A DNA stretch of 33,513 nt, taken from assembly GCF_001194135.2 (NCBI RefSeq), contig NC_068981.1:87099970-87133482 (forward strand), read 5' to 3'. Positions 1 to 11,989 of this stretch are shown one piece after another. Position 1 is the first letter of the stretch. Each line of letters opens with the position of its first letter. This DNA is from Octopus bimaculoides. Lineage: Eukaryota. Below the pieces are notes generated by a model. The model saw nothing but the letters and a program-made list of their open reading frames with translations, did no database searches and was not told the origin of the DNA. Both the position numbers and the translations under genes were made by a program.

Positions 1-21
1 ATATATATTATTGTAGTAAAT

Positions 22-700
22 TTCACTAACAGCTGTTTCAGATAGGGATTATAAGTTCGTTATTTACAGGTTTACTCAATCGGCTCATTGGTCAATTGAG
101 AAAAATTGAACGACCCAAGAAATTAATGCTGATTTCTTCGGTATCATTTCTGGCTATAACCAAGCAAAACACTGAAGGAATGGTACAGGCATGAGGAGGG
201 GATTGAAGAGAGGCAATAAGAATCAGTATAAGGTAAGTGGAAGAGAGACAAAGAGGAAAGGGAAGCGAAGTAATGGTTTGAAAGGGAAGGACTAAAGAAA
301 AATAAAGGAAAGAAAGGAAGATAGGGAGGAATAAAAAGAATAGAGGAGGCGAGGCATTTGATAGAAAAGGAGACAGAAGATAGTTGAAATTAAGGCAAGG
401 ACAGTCCTAAAATCATTGGTGTTTGTAATTGGGTCATCACACGGGAGAACATTTCCATTGTTTCCAGGTCAAATATTGTCCAGATATTGGAATTTGATAG
501 ATACACGTGATCAACTTAAATCCTTGATATTTGGTCATTTGTATTATCCCGCATAGTGAGGGAATTCTATTGGAAAATGAATGAAAAATCAGCAGTAACT
601 ATATTATGAAGGGAAGGCTGAGAAAGCTCTCGTGAGCTTGGATATTAAATAGAACAAGGAGAAATGTGAGGTTAAAATCAAATCAAATACAGTTATTTAA
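22..700 (-). mobile_element. Probable Penelope-like element relic (region before the GIY-YIG domain plus pyrimidine-rich tail)
   Basis: One minus frame (about 575 to 420) reads FPIEFPHYAG*YK*PNIKDLS*SRV...PGNNGNVLPCDDP. This resembles the YRRPxNLxDLLVR...GxFPCxxP segment I recall from Penelope ORFs. A pyrimidine-rich stretch follows, then a GAAACAGCTGTT palindrome near 39 to 28. Similarity is by eye only. Confidence 0.35.
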
Positions 701-984
701 AAACTAAATAAAACTGAAGGCTGAATATAATTTTAAATTAAATTAGGTTAAAATAATTTTAAAAAATTAAAACGGTAAAAAAATTAAGTAGTAGAAATTA
801 AAATTAAAAAGAATTAAGAATTAAAGATTTTTTAAAATTTAAGAAATATAAAAAGTAATAATAAAGCAATGATAAAAAATAAAATTAATTAATTTCCCAA
901 CAAGATATATTTGATGTGATATCTCAATCTGTCACGAACCCCCTTTAGTATCTCAAAGTCACTGTCGCAAGGTTTTCGCGTGGC

Positions 985-1700
985 TTTCATGTTTGCTTTA
1001 CTTGTATCGATGATCCGATGCTATTCTTTTAGACACTATCAGAGCTGAGACAGTTCTAAAGCTTTATGCAGCACTGGATTTCTAGATACAGCATACCAAC
1101 AACTATTATAATAAGGGACAGCAGTTCAAGACCAACTTGTAAGCTGTACTTACATCAGTGTAAGGCTGCAATAATACCAAAACTATTGTTTACCATCGGG
1201 CAGCTAACGGCGTGGTGGAATATTTCCGGTGCAGCAAAATCAGGCAGCCATGAGCAGGTTGTACAAGTAATTTCTAGTGCTACTTAATTTATGCTCCAGA
1301 GTGAAGGATCGAATTGGAGATACACAGGCCAAACTTCTCTGTTGTACTATTATTATTAAGTTTTTAGGTCAAATGGCTGCACCTACTTGTCTTGCTTCAG
1401 TATCAGGTTAATCCAGTTATGTTCAACGATTACATAAACAAATGTCCAACACACTACCACCTCAACTAACTACAATACACGATTACGGGATCTCCCCAAC
1501 TGGTCACATGCTTTCATTCCTTGTGATGTTGCTGTTGTTAAGCTGCTTCAGGCACTCTACACAAGATTTTTCGAAGTACTTCGTGAGACATCCAAGTATT
1601 TTGTCATCAATATATACTCAATAAATTTTTGAGTCTTGCAACGATTCAGGAACAAACTTACTTGTTTTGTCACTAGACTCGGTACTACATCTTGTCGTCA
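985..1700 (+). pseudogene. Decayed Gypsy/Ty3 LTR-retrotransposon integrase (core and C-terminal part)
   Basis: Joining frames gives LTCID..PDAILLDTIRAETVLK/FMQHWISRYSIPTTII/KGQQFKTNL...GCNNTKTIVYHRAANGVVEYF...YVQRLHKQMS...LQALYTRFFEVLRETSKYFVIN...TRLG. This matches Gypsy integrase motifs (DRFTRWP, WISRYGxP, TDRGxQF, YHPxANGxVE, PYxGPFxV). Many stops and frameshifts. Confidence 0.85.
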
Positions 1701-1867
1701 CTACTCCAGTATTTTATCCTATCATCGGCACTTTTGTTGCGCCAATATTTCCACTAGTGGTAGAGAAAACAAAATTAAGACGGCACATACACTAGCCAAC
1801 TCGTTTTGTGCATGTACCTCTTGTGCGATAGAGAACGTATTCTGGTAGAAAAGTTCAACATACATTT

Positions 1868-1954
1868 ATGTGTGTATGTGTGTATGTATGTATGTATGTA
1901 TGTATGTATGTATGTATGTATTATGTATGTATGTATGTATGTATGTATGTATGT
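1868..1954. repeat. (TATG)n microsatellite
   Basis: Direct reading; one interruption near 1921. Confidence 0.97.
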
Positions 1955-3987
1955 CCACACACATACGCACATGTACACTGTTAGTAAAATCTACTGGTTA
2001 TATACACACCTGACATTTGAGTTGTTGGTAAAGGCGGTTTGCTGAGTTCACGTTAATTCTTGTGTTGGCTCAGTCGAGATATGTTGGCTGGAGGCCTTAT
2101 TGTTGAGGTAGCCAAGGTTCTTTATAGTGGTGTATTAGATTTTGCTAAAAGCTATATATAAACTGATAATTTCAGAGTTGGTATGTTGTCCATCGCCGTG
2201 ACCAGAGCAGCTACAACAGCCAGGCATACTATAACCTGGGTTGTGTCGACTCTCCTTACCACTTGTTTTGGGTGCATGCTCAACGATCACTACCAATAAT
2301 TCCAGTTAATAAGCTCTTCTATAATACCTCGTTAATATAGCATCGGCTTGTGTCATTGATTGATTACAAGTGTGAATACTGATGAATAGAAGCGTGAGGA
2401 AGAATGAACTACTGTCGTTCAAGTATACTGATCCGAATAAGTATGATGTAGACACGTCTGTTGACATCAGTTTGTCTGATGTTAGACTGCTGTTGACAAA
2501 AAGCAAGCTGAAAATTTGTGGATCTACTTTCGAGACACAAATTTACCACGAATATAACAAGAGGTATTCGTTATAAATTCCACAAACTGGTTGCTGATTT
2601 CTTGTCAGCTGAAACACTTCTATCTCAATTCAAATAGTTTTATCGGCGAAAAAATGTATAAAGACTGGATATTATTACAACTATACAATAGTTAAGTATA
2701 CCTAACTCCAATGTTTATGACCAAGTAATCTTGATATCCCTAGTTTACATTGTTAAGGACTATGCAGTCAAATATTTTTAATCTTCTTGTATTTTATTTT
2801 TGTTCAGAATTCCAGACACCAAGGAAATTATGTCAGCCATAAATATTTCTAGTGATCTCGGTGCATTCAAGAATTTAGCAGCTTGACGTACTATGTTCGA
2901 AACATTTTTTACTGTTCAATTTACCCATTCATTCTAAAGTTTGTCAGTCGCAATTAATTTTATATAAAAGCACATTATCATTTTAATAGTTATTTTTATG
3001 CTTCCATTTATTATTGGATGACTTTTAACGCTGGGCTATGAAGAACATTAAGTGGGTTATTTACTGTAATCTAGTTTAAACCAAGCTGGGATCAATCTAG
3101 CCACTCATTCCACAGCATAAACTTCATATAACAACTAACGAATGAAAATACTTCGTGTCACATCCCAGAATCTAATTACGTATTGTTGAAATTGTCATTT
3201 ATATTTTTTGTCCTTTTTATCAACTTGATGAAGGGAAGTTTTGTATGACAATGAACAATTAGATGCTGTATAAGGGTTGGAGATTATTTTTGACTGAATA
3301 TTTATCATCTATTTAATTTAGATGTTCTAGTGGGAAGAAAGGAACTGTCCACACTCCTTTGATCTTCCTAGATAAGGGAATAAGAACCCTAATATTGATT
3401 CATTTTAGAACACTGGACAACCAGCTAAAAGATCAGGTGCTACACTGTATTAGGAGTCAAGGCAGGCAACTTGAAAGGTGTAATTCGTCTCTGTGAACGG
3501 AAGTAGAACAGTAAAATTGACAAACGATTCATTGGCTTAACACTTACGAATTAAAATTTTTCAGGTGGAAAATTGTCTCTCAAGTGCTTAACACAAACCG
3601 GGGAAGCATACTGCCCTTGGAGATACTTATGATTCTAAAATAGATGTAACAGGATCCGGATAACTGAATGTAGGGAGGACGAAGACAGTTATTTAATTTA
3701 AATTATAACAGAGTTCATGAATAGAAACATAATTACATTTGGTAATATTATTAATAATATAATCTAGCGGTCGTTTATTTTTATGTATTTTTTTATATTG
3801 TATTTTGTAAATTTTAGCACCGTTGATTGCAGGTATTTAACAGGTCAGGGTATTTACTACGCTGATGGCATTTAGGAAGTGGCAAGGAAGTGTCGACGTA
3901 AGTTATTGCAGATTAAATATCAACCGAGGACTCTGTTAACAAGGCAAAATGTTCTCAGCTTTCTCTATATGTTTACATCATTTTCAG

Positions 3988-4072
3988 GTGTGTGTGTGTG
4001 TGTGTGTGTGTCGGTGAAAACTACATACATACATACATACATACATACATACATACATACATACATACATAC
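3988..4072. repeat. (GT)n followed by (CATA)n microsatellites
   Basis: Direct reading: GT run about 3988-4010, CATA run about 4022-4072. Confidence 0.95.
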
Positions 4073-6035
4073 ATTCGTATTGGTCACTTGGATATGAAAT
4101 TAACTGCTTCAGCACGAAACCTGAAAAGTTGGCGTGTCTAGGATAGTCTTAGAATGTTGCAATAGAGTACTCTTTTCTCTGTTAATATGCACATGTGTAA
4201 GAAATGTTTATGCTTTGAAAAAGCTTGGCAAATTCAGAATTAAAATTTTATTTTGTTACTGACGATTATCATTTTTTATACGATTTTATAATTATACTGT
4301 AAAAGGGAAGGGTCTGTGTGATAAGTAGATTATGTATGTGTAACAATTAGCTTCCTGGATTCTTACCCAAGATTCAGAACCTATTTCATTTCTCTTGTTC
4401 TCGGCTTTTGCATTTAGAAATTCATGAGTCAACTACCACTTAGTTCAGTTCTGTGGTTTAAGATAACTGTCTTAGGTTAAATAGGGTTGAGACAGATACG
4501 AGATGGAAAATCCTTTGTTTAGCCTAACCTTATTTAGTTAGGAAAAATATAAATACGGAACCCAAAATCGCTTCTATCGTTTTTATTTGGCCCCTCGTCA
4601 GAAGAGCACATCTGTTTGTTTCTCACTTCGCGTATGGCTTGTCGCCGCGCGTCTACACAACTTTCACCCTCTCAACTGGTCAATACAGATAAGTAGATTT
4701 TATTACTCTTTCTCTCTGAATTCTTCCATCCATTCTCCTAGCAGTCAACAAAGGACGAACTTAACTACCCACAAAATGGACTATAGAACTGAAAATTATC
4801 TGTGTACAACAACAACTCGAATTTGTATTTTATATTGTTACGTTGAAAATGCAGGGTCATTTCAACTAATAATATTTTTATTTTTCTCACTTATTTGCTA
4901 CATATAAACCGTTACAGTTTTGGTGACTTCCGACTCAAGAGCTGCATGCCTTCTCTACGAAATGCTGCATAGATCGTTACAGATGTAATTACATCTAATG
5001 TACATACATGATAGCAATTCGTTGCTCGGAATATTGTTTTTATGAACAACAAAAGGTGGTGGTAGAGGATAAGCCATAAAATAATATTCAGCTGTGACTG
5101 GTTGACTATTTATTGGATGGAGTAAAAGATACATCGATTTGATAAACGTTCCATTAAATAGTACTGAAATGACCTTAAAGAAATATGCGGTGGAGAATTT
5201 ACATGTACAACTCACTTATCTTTTCTCTCTCTTCATAGTGCTTTTAAATAGAACAACATTATCTTTGACTACGTCTGTATGTTTAATTGTTTTCCCTTTG
5301 TATATTAACTGAAACACCGATAATGACTCAGTAAAAAAATTTAATAGTAGTAATAATGTTTGACCCACATTACAACTTACGTAATCGAGTGTGCTTAATT
5401 TTTATTAAGGCCATATTTTTTTCATCAAAACAATGCCTTTCAGCTATGTTCCATTTAGAAATATATTTTGATTCTGCTTGGTATGTTAAACTGTTACCGC
5501 TTTCATAAAGCTATGTTTTCAGAGGGTCGCATATATATTTAACCAATTAGCTGCAATCATGCAACTAGTTACAGGGTCACGTTCAAATTGCCCTTACACA
5601 TATGCACGCTCGTGCTTGTGGATATACTTACATATCGTTTTACATATCTAAACAAGACGTGTTTAAAATCAGAACAAAGCAGGTGAAATACGCACGCACG
5701 CACACACACACACACATTCACACACACGAACTGGCTTCCCAAACTAACAAGTGTTAAGTTAAAGTATGATAATTTAAGGTAATAATATTCTTCTCAAATC
5801 TATTGTGAATCATGCAAATGCTTCCAGTCTTAGACAAGAAAACAGGTTCCCATTAGTTTCCATTAAGTTTTCTATATGGATTTTCTATATGGTTGTTATA
5901 TTTATTTTGATATAGACTAGTGTACATAGGATTCCTAAGATTAATCTTTTCTAGGAAATGAAAGTAAAACAATCGATAACATCGGAGTGGGCTAGAAGAT
6001 GTTTAAACCATAAATATTCATTTCCGGCATTCTTG

Positions 6036-6188
6036 TACTTGTTTCAGTCATTTGATTCCATGCTGGAATACCATCTTGAAAGGCTTTAAGTCGAACGAAT
6101 CGACCCGAGGACTTGTATCTTAAGCCTAGTACTTATTCTATCGGTCAGGCTTCTTACAGTTTCCATCTGCCAAATCTACCCACGAGAC
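6036..6188 (-). mobile_element. Internally deleted, degenerate copy of SINE family 1
   Basis: Shares cttgtttcagtcatttga...ccatgctgg...agtacttattctatcggtc with the adjacent full copy, then jumps directly to the ggcttctt.cagtttcc.tct.ccaaatc segment. The middle of the element is missing. Confidence 0.75.
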
Positions 6189-6210
6189 TATTGCTATTTT
6201 TAACTATTTT

Positions 6211-6620
6211 ATTTTACTCGTTTCAGTTATTTGACTGGGGCCATGCTGCAGCACCGCCTTCAGTCGAGCAAAATTGACCCCAGGACTTATTCTTTGTAAG
6301 CCTGGTACTTATTCTATCGGTCTCTTTTTGCCGAACCGCTAAGTTACGGAGACGTAAACACACCAGCATCGGTTGTCAAGTGATGTTGGTGGTAGGGGAC
6401 AAACACAGACACACAAACATATACACACATATACATATATATATATATACATATATACGATGGGCTTCTTTCAGTTTCTTTCTACCAAATCCACTCGCAA
6501 GGTTTTGGTCGGCCCGAGGCTATAGTAGAAGACACTTGCCCAAGATGCCACGCAGTGGGACTGAACCCGGAACCATGTGGTTCGTAAACAAGCTACTTAC
6601 CACACAGCCACTCCTGCGCC
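6211..6620 (-). mobile_element. Full-length tRNA-derived SINE, family 1 (CORE-like central region, internal microsatellite)
   Basis: Minus strand starts GGCGCAGGAGTGGCTGTGTGG (A box) and has GGTTCAGTCCC (B box), then a CATCTTGGGCAAGTG CORE-like segment and an internal (TA)/(TG) tract. Aligns end to end with copies at 11229, 15534 and 32121. Confidence 0.92.
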
Positions 6621-7119
6621 TATAAAATATTAAATATATATAAACCGTATTGTTGGGCAGATCAGTCCTTCTTATATTGAGTTCTTTGTAAGTTATTACA
6701 GTTCTATTCCAATTATTCCTCCGCGAAGCAATCTATTCAGCATCCTTATGGTACTCTATTCGTAGAAATGGTCAATTTTGGGAAGCTTCCGATATAGTCA
6801 TTCTACTTCATAGAATTAGTAACCAAACCTCCATCAAATTATATCCAAACGTTTTTTAAAATGGGAGAATGTACTGGCTAATTATCCTGACGACGATCGG
6901 ATATACCGAAACCTCTTTTCCAGTTAGGGCCTCTGTGAGAATTTAATCAAAAGTACAAAGTATCTTTCGAGAGCCCTTCCCAAATTGTGAATGCTACTTC
7001 TTCCAAGTCCCTGTCATGAGCCCTGGTTCACTTCTAAATTTGGATGTGATCCGGAAGCGATGCAACATCTTTAACCATTTATAGACTGGTAAAAGCTTTT
7101 TAAAATACAAACAAAAATA

Positions 7120-7345
7120 AATTCAAACAACTGCAAATACGAAAAATCCGCACAAATACTTGACATTACAGAAACGTTACCATTACAAATAGCAGTAAAG
7201 CCTCAAAGTATAAAGCACCGCTGTTATTTCCCTTCTCAATCCCACAGGTAGAATAAAACAAGGCACGATAACATTGCCACTAACCTCCTTTTACATCAGA
7301 AATAGCCCACACCAACTCAAAAATGCCTACACCTTGATAAGCTAA
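7120..7345 (+). mobile_element. Degenerate non-LTR retrotransposon fragment (region C-terminal to the RT core)
   Basis: AC-rich composition like the neighbouring RT relic, and a KYL.ITET.. segment resembling the K.LG.TFD thumb motif. Very decayed. Confidence 0.3.
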
Positions 7346-7379
7346 GTACAATAATTCGTACTAATGAGGGTGTATTTGC

Positions 7380-7620
7380 GTGGTCGTTTGACTTGCTAGA
7401 ACTAACAGCTAAATCTCTTTAATATCTTAAACAAAGAAAGGTCACGTCTGATAACGTATTCTCAAGCATTTCTAAGAGGTGGTCACAATTGCAAAGCCTT
7501 TGATCATAAGTCTTCTTAATCAGAAGTAGCCTGGATCTAATCAGAAGTAGCCTGGATCTAATCAGAAGTAGCCTGGATCTAATCAGAAGTAGCCTGGATC
7601 TAAACAGCAGTAATAATCCT
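7380..7620 (+). mobile_element. 3' part of an interspersed repeat (probable SINE/LINE tail) carrying a 4x21-bp tandem
   Basis: acttgctagaactaacagctaaatctc at about 7391 matches acttcatagaattagtaaccaaacctc at about 6806 (19/27), so the element recurs within the window. It ends in a degenerate taaacagcagtaataa tail. Confidence 0.45.
7517..7603 (+). repeat. Perfect tandem repeat, 4 x 21 bp (TAATCAGAAGTAGCCTGGATC)
   Basis: Units at 7517-7537, 7538-7558, 7559-7579 and 7580-7600 are identical, followed by a partial TAA. Confidence 0.98.
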
Positions 7621-7659
7621 TCTCCCAGACAACCCCGTCTGTTTCGCACACCTAGCTAC

Positions 7660-8930
7660 CTGAACATATGCCAAACAATATCAAAACTACCCCATGATAC
7701 TTACCTATAATCAACGCAATATACTGACACATAAATATCCAAAGCAAAAGCATTTATTCAAATTTTTGTTTAAATCCCAGTGGAACCAGTTTCGCAACTT
7801 TTACAGAAACCAACTTCACCACATTCCCCACAGAGACATTGCAATACATACATTCAACTAAATAACTATTGCTGCATACAGTCTACATATCTCACTAGCC
7901 CCAAGTACGACCCAATTAGAAACAGCTGACGCTGTATGTTACAAAGAAACTAGAGACAACCTCAAACACAATATATACAGCAACACTACACAACAAAAAT
8001 AAAACTTATCGTCAAAACAAATAGGAAAATAACAACGAAAATAAACCATAGAAAAACAGAAAACTTACAAACGTCACAAAACAATGGCCTTAGGGGGTTC
8101 TTGAGCAAAACACTTCATTTCCCGTTGCTCCAGTTCACTCAGTTGTAAGTGGGTAACCTTGCGAAGGAGTGGTGTTCTGTACAGGATGAATTTTGGCCTT
8201 CCTGCCTAGCCAGTGAAGTGGCATCACTCGAAAGCTACAACAATGTGAGGAAGTGCATTGTGACCAGCCGTGTATAACAAGATCCGATAGTTTGGTCGAT
8301 ATAGTGACATACATACATACATACATACATACACTAACACCAATCATAGACTCTTATCAAACACTTCTCGAAAAATCAGCCACCAAAATCCAGACAAAAT
8401 TCATAGAAACAAGCTTTTAATCTCTTCCCTCAATTAGAGATACGAAAACATTTTCAAAAGTTCCAACCGCTGTCACAGCTACAAACATCCATTTAGAATA
8501 TCTAAAGCCTGAATGAATCACCGGATTCACACACTGCAATATCTACAAACACTCGTAGCAAGGTTGTCAACTTTATAGAATTTAGGAACTGGCCAAACAA
8601 TTTTGAAACCTGAAAAAAATCAGAGAAGTAGCATCACACAAATTCAAGACTCTCCTATACATACTCATTGAAGTTTCCAGAAAGACATCCTTCATATCAC
8701 TAACTCACGCATTCTTTTCGACAAATCACAAGACAGATTTAGGTCGCTACATTCAATCAATCTCAAACCTGACAGCGAATATATATGACTACTCCTATAG
8801 CAAAAAGCAACCTTATACGCATCTTTCTAATAAGGCTTTCGACTTCATTCCACTTATACCCAAAATATCTAACAACGCAAAATACTGGCTAAACTACAAG
8901 TCAGGTCGCCAAGCCTATGTAGTATACGTA
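7660..8930 (+). mobile_element. Decayed non-LTR retrotransposon ORF2 (pre-RT linker and RT), interrupted by a SINE fragment
   Basis: Frame at 8829-8930 reads NKAFDFIPLIPKISNNAKYWLNYKSGRQAYVVY, matching the RT KAFD motif and the following W..YLSGRQ segment. Upstream reads ..QWNQFRNFYRNQ../FTETNFTTFP. Strong A/C bias on the + strand. Confidence 0.65.
8098..8332 (+). mobile_element. 5'-truncated SINE (family 4) with (CATA)n tail
   Basis: Begins TTCTTGAGCAAAACACTTCATTTCCCGTTGCTCCAG, a central-domain-type CTTGAGCAAxxCACTT motif, and ends in CATA repeats. It splits the surrounding RT relic. Confidence 0.55.
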
Positions 8931-10925
8931 ATGTTTATAGAGTGTATTACTGAAATTTCTGAAATTTAAATAAATGCTATTCTCCTGTCTTCGATTTCCT
9001 CAAACTATAATCTAGCAGGTAAATGAAGCTAGGTCAGGAGCATCGATCAAATGTTACGCCACTTTCGTTGGTGGAATGCTGAGACTATTTATGTCGTTGT
9101 TGAAGTGATAAGCATTGTTTTCCAGTTGATTACTGATTTAGTTCTCGTATTGCAAGAACATTTTCTGTAAGGGATATGTAGCTTATAAAAGATCATCTTT
9201 CTTTTAAATATTTTGTAACGTTAGAACTTAGTTTAGATTAAAACAATTCATGATACTTATTGAAGTGATATAAATAAACAAATATAACTATTTCAGACTT
9301 TCATTTGACTAACACTTATTTAAATAATGCCAAAAATAAACTGTAAGTCGATTTGATTAGCTCTATATATCCCTCTAAATGTATGGCCTTGTGCCAATGT
9401 CAAGAAATCAATATTGATTTTTAAACATCATCTATTTTTATATTATTATTTCTCTGCTGGAAAAATTAAGTGTATTGAAGGATTATAGGGCCCTGTTCTA
9501 AATACATTATACTATTTAGTTTCATTCGGTTACTCTTTCAGCTGGAAACTCATCTGAGTCATTAATGTTTCTTATTTTTATTGATTGCATTAGAATCAAT
9601 AAAAGTATATTACATTTTATCTCTGATTCCGTCGGCAATACCTTCTTTAAAATATTTTATTTTGTGCTCAAGGAGGACATAATTTTAGTCATAGTTTCTT
9701 TATCAGTATTATTTTGTCCATGTATAAAGGGTATTCATGCGTGCATTTTATCAGTCCTATATGAACACAAGTACATATATCTAACTGTCTCAGTTATAAG
9801 CATTTCCTTTTGCTAGTCATGTTAAGGAGAGATATGTATGTCAGGTCAATCTCCTCACGTTGATAAAAGAACTTTACTTGTTCGGTGCATTTGTCATAAA
9901 AATTTAGTTCATGTTTATTGCTTACATTAATTCACTTGTGCTTTTGTTACTATTTTCTAAAAACTTGACGAATCAATTATTTATCCCAGAGCCTCAAGCA
10001 ATTGTCGTAAATGATTTATCCATGTCAACATGGGAAAAAAGGAGACAAAAATTTTTATTGAAAATTTTTTCCCTTTTCTTTTCTTTTTTCTTTTTTTTGC
10101 GAATGACAAATGACACTTATTAGAAAAGTACAAGTATTTTGCGTTAAAAGATAAAAATGACACATATGAATCAACCGTAGAATGTTTAAGCAATTACTCC
10201 GGAGCAGTTTGCTAGACTGCTGAAAATTTTCTCATGCTTTTCGTACAAGTTATCTGTTTCTATTTTCAGATTTTCTTATATAGGTCATTAATGCCAGAAG
10301 AATTTTCACAAATAATTTCATCAGCTCTTGAAAGTGGTTTACATCGAGAAACAGAAGGTAGTCGGAGGCCATATCTTTTTACAACAAACGAATTTATTTT
10401 GTTTTCGAATTTTCTTACAAGGTTTCGAATATTGTACATTTGAGATGTGCAATAAATGATCACTTAACTGGACAAAAAGTAAGATAACAATCTAAGTTTT
10501 ATGTCCACTCTCTTCTGTAATATCGGTTGATTTATTGTAGTTACCTTCCTTGTTTGTTGCTTTTAGATTTTAAAGAATCGCACCCCCATAGAGAGAGTTT
10601 AATTGCAAGGATAATTTCGGTTAATCGAAGTGTTTCAGTTTACTATATTTACTAGTCTACGTATGTAATACCATACTAGAATGCTCCCATACTGTACTCT
10701 CCCTCTGTCACTTTGTGAACGACTTCAGTCAACTATACATCCCAAATAAAACAAGCTTTGATACTTCCATACGAAAGTAAAGCAGAATTATGTGAAGAAC
10801 TGAATAACTGAATTAATAAACCTGATGATAATTATATGACGCGTTACCAATTCAATAAACACTGTCTTTTGATTTCAAGTCGACTTGATCGACATCTAAC
10901 CCATCAAAATTTTTTTAAATCTCGA

Positions 10926-10947
10926 ATATATATATATATATATGTAC

Positions 10948-10984
<37 letters not shown>
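10926..10984. repeat. (TA)n/(TG)n compound microsatellite
   Basis: Direct reading. Confidence 0.95.
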
Positions 10985-10987
<3 letters not shown>

Positions 10988-11228
10988 AATATGAAAGTAT
11001 TAAATAAAATAAAACATTTAACAAATTGTCATAAAAAACATTATACCATTATACCTACATTCGCAGTTTTATTCCTTGCCAAAATATTTTAAAATTATAC
11101 ATACTTGGATGTCGAAATTCAGCTTGCCCTAGATGCCAGCAACCCTACAGTCGGCTCTTTCTCCATTCATTGGAAAACACTACAACAAAGGCCAAAAAGA
11201 CAACTTTGCCACAGTTTGCTTTCAATTA

Positions 11229-11432
11229 GGTGCAGGCGTGGCTGTATGGTAAGAACTTGCTTCCTAACCACATAGTTCCTGGTTCAGTCTCACTGCGTGG
11301 CACCTTGAGCAAGTGTCTTCTACTATAGCCTCAGGCCAACCAAAGCCTTGTGAGTGGACTTGGTAAACAGAAACTTAAAGAAGCCTGTCGTATATGTGTG
11401 CGTGCGTGTGTGTATAGGTGTGTGTGAGCGTG

Positions 11433-11486
<54 letters not shown>

Positions 11487-11717
11487 CGTGTCTTTGCGTC
11501 TGTGTTTGTTCCCACCACCACTTGACAACTGGTGCTGGTGTATTTACGTCCCCGTAACCTAGCGGCTCAGCAAAAGAGACTAATAGAATAAATAAGCAGC
11601 TGGAGTTTAAAAAAGACATAAGTTCTGGGGTCGATTTGTTCAACTAAAAGCTCTTCAAGGCGGTACCCCAGTATGGCCATAGACAAATGACTGAAACAAA
11701 TAAAGGATAAAAAATAA
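11229..11717 (+). mobile_element. Full-length SINE family 1 copy with expanded internal (TG)n
   Basis: GGTGCAGGCGTGGCTGTATGG (A box), GGTTCAGTCTC (B box), CACCTTGAGCAAGTG, and the 3' motif caaatgactgaaacaa. More diverged than the 15534 copy. Confidence 0.92.
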
Positions 11718-11989
11718 ATGATGATCAACATATCTAGGAAACAAAGCAGAGCTCAATTTCTTCTCAATTACTTACATTAACAATCAATCAAGCAAAACTA
11801 CGTTCTGATATTAACAATGATTATTTATTTACGGCCATTTGTCATTCCAAAATTGTTGTTGTCATATGGAGGGGCAGGAAAATTGTTATCTATCGCGCAG
11901 CTTTATCATTTTGCAGCATATTATTTTGACTCCTACAATACAACTGATAAACCTCCTCCAAAACTATCTTCTATACCTCTACCAGATTC

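Noticed and set aside
1990-2310. Possible 3' LTR of the Gypsy relic (TATATATAAA near 2154)
   Set aside because: No clear polypurine tract, TG...CA ends or partner LTR in the window.
2323-2568. Inverted pair AATACCTC/GAGGTATT suggesting a MITE
   Set aside because: Only 8 bp perfect, no target duplication, and it overlaps a coding-like stretch.
4553-4610. Second hammerhead candidate on the minus strand (CUGACGA plus stem GGGGCC/GGUUCC)
   Set aside because: GAAA is replaced by GUAU and I cannot form stems I or III. At best a dead relic.
6545-6620. tRNA-like heads (also 11229, 15534, 16750-16808, 32121) as true tRNA genes
   Set aside because: No complete cloverleaf, and each continues into a SINE body.
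6886-6915. CTGACGA...GAAAC on the + strand
   Set aside because: Stem II does not close and there is no stem III or NUH triplet.
10276-10348. Possible + strand host exon (SLMPEEFSQIISSALESGLHRETE)
   Set aside because: Weak donor (GTAGTC), no recognisable protein, and it lies antisense to the longer stop-poor minus frame.
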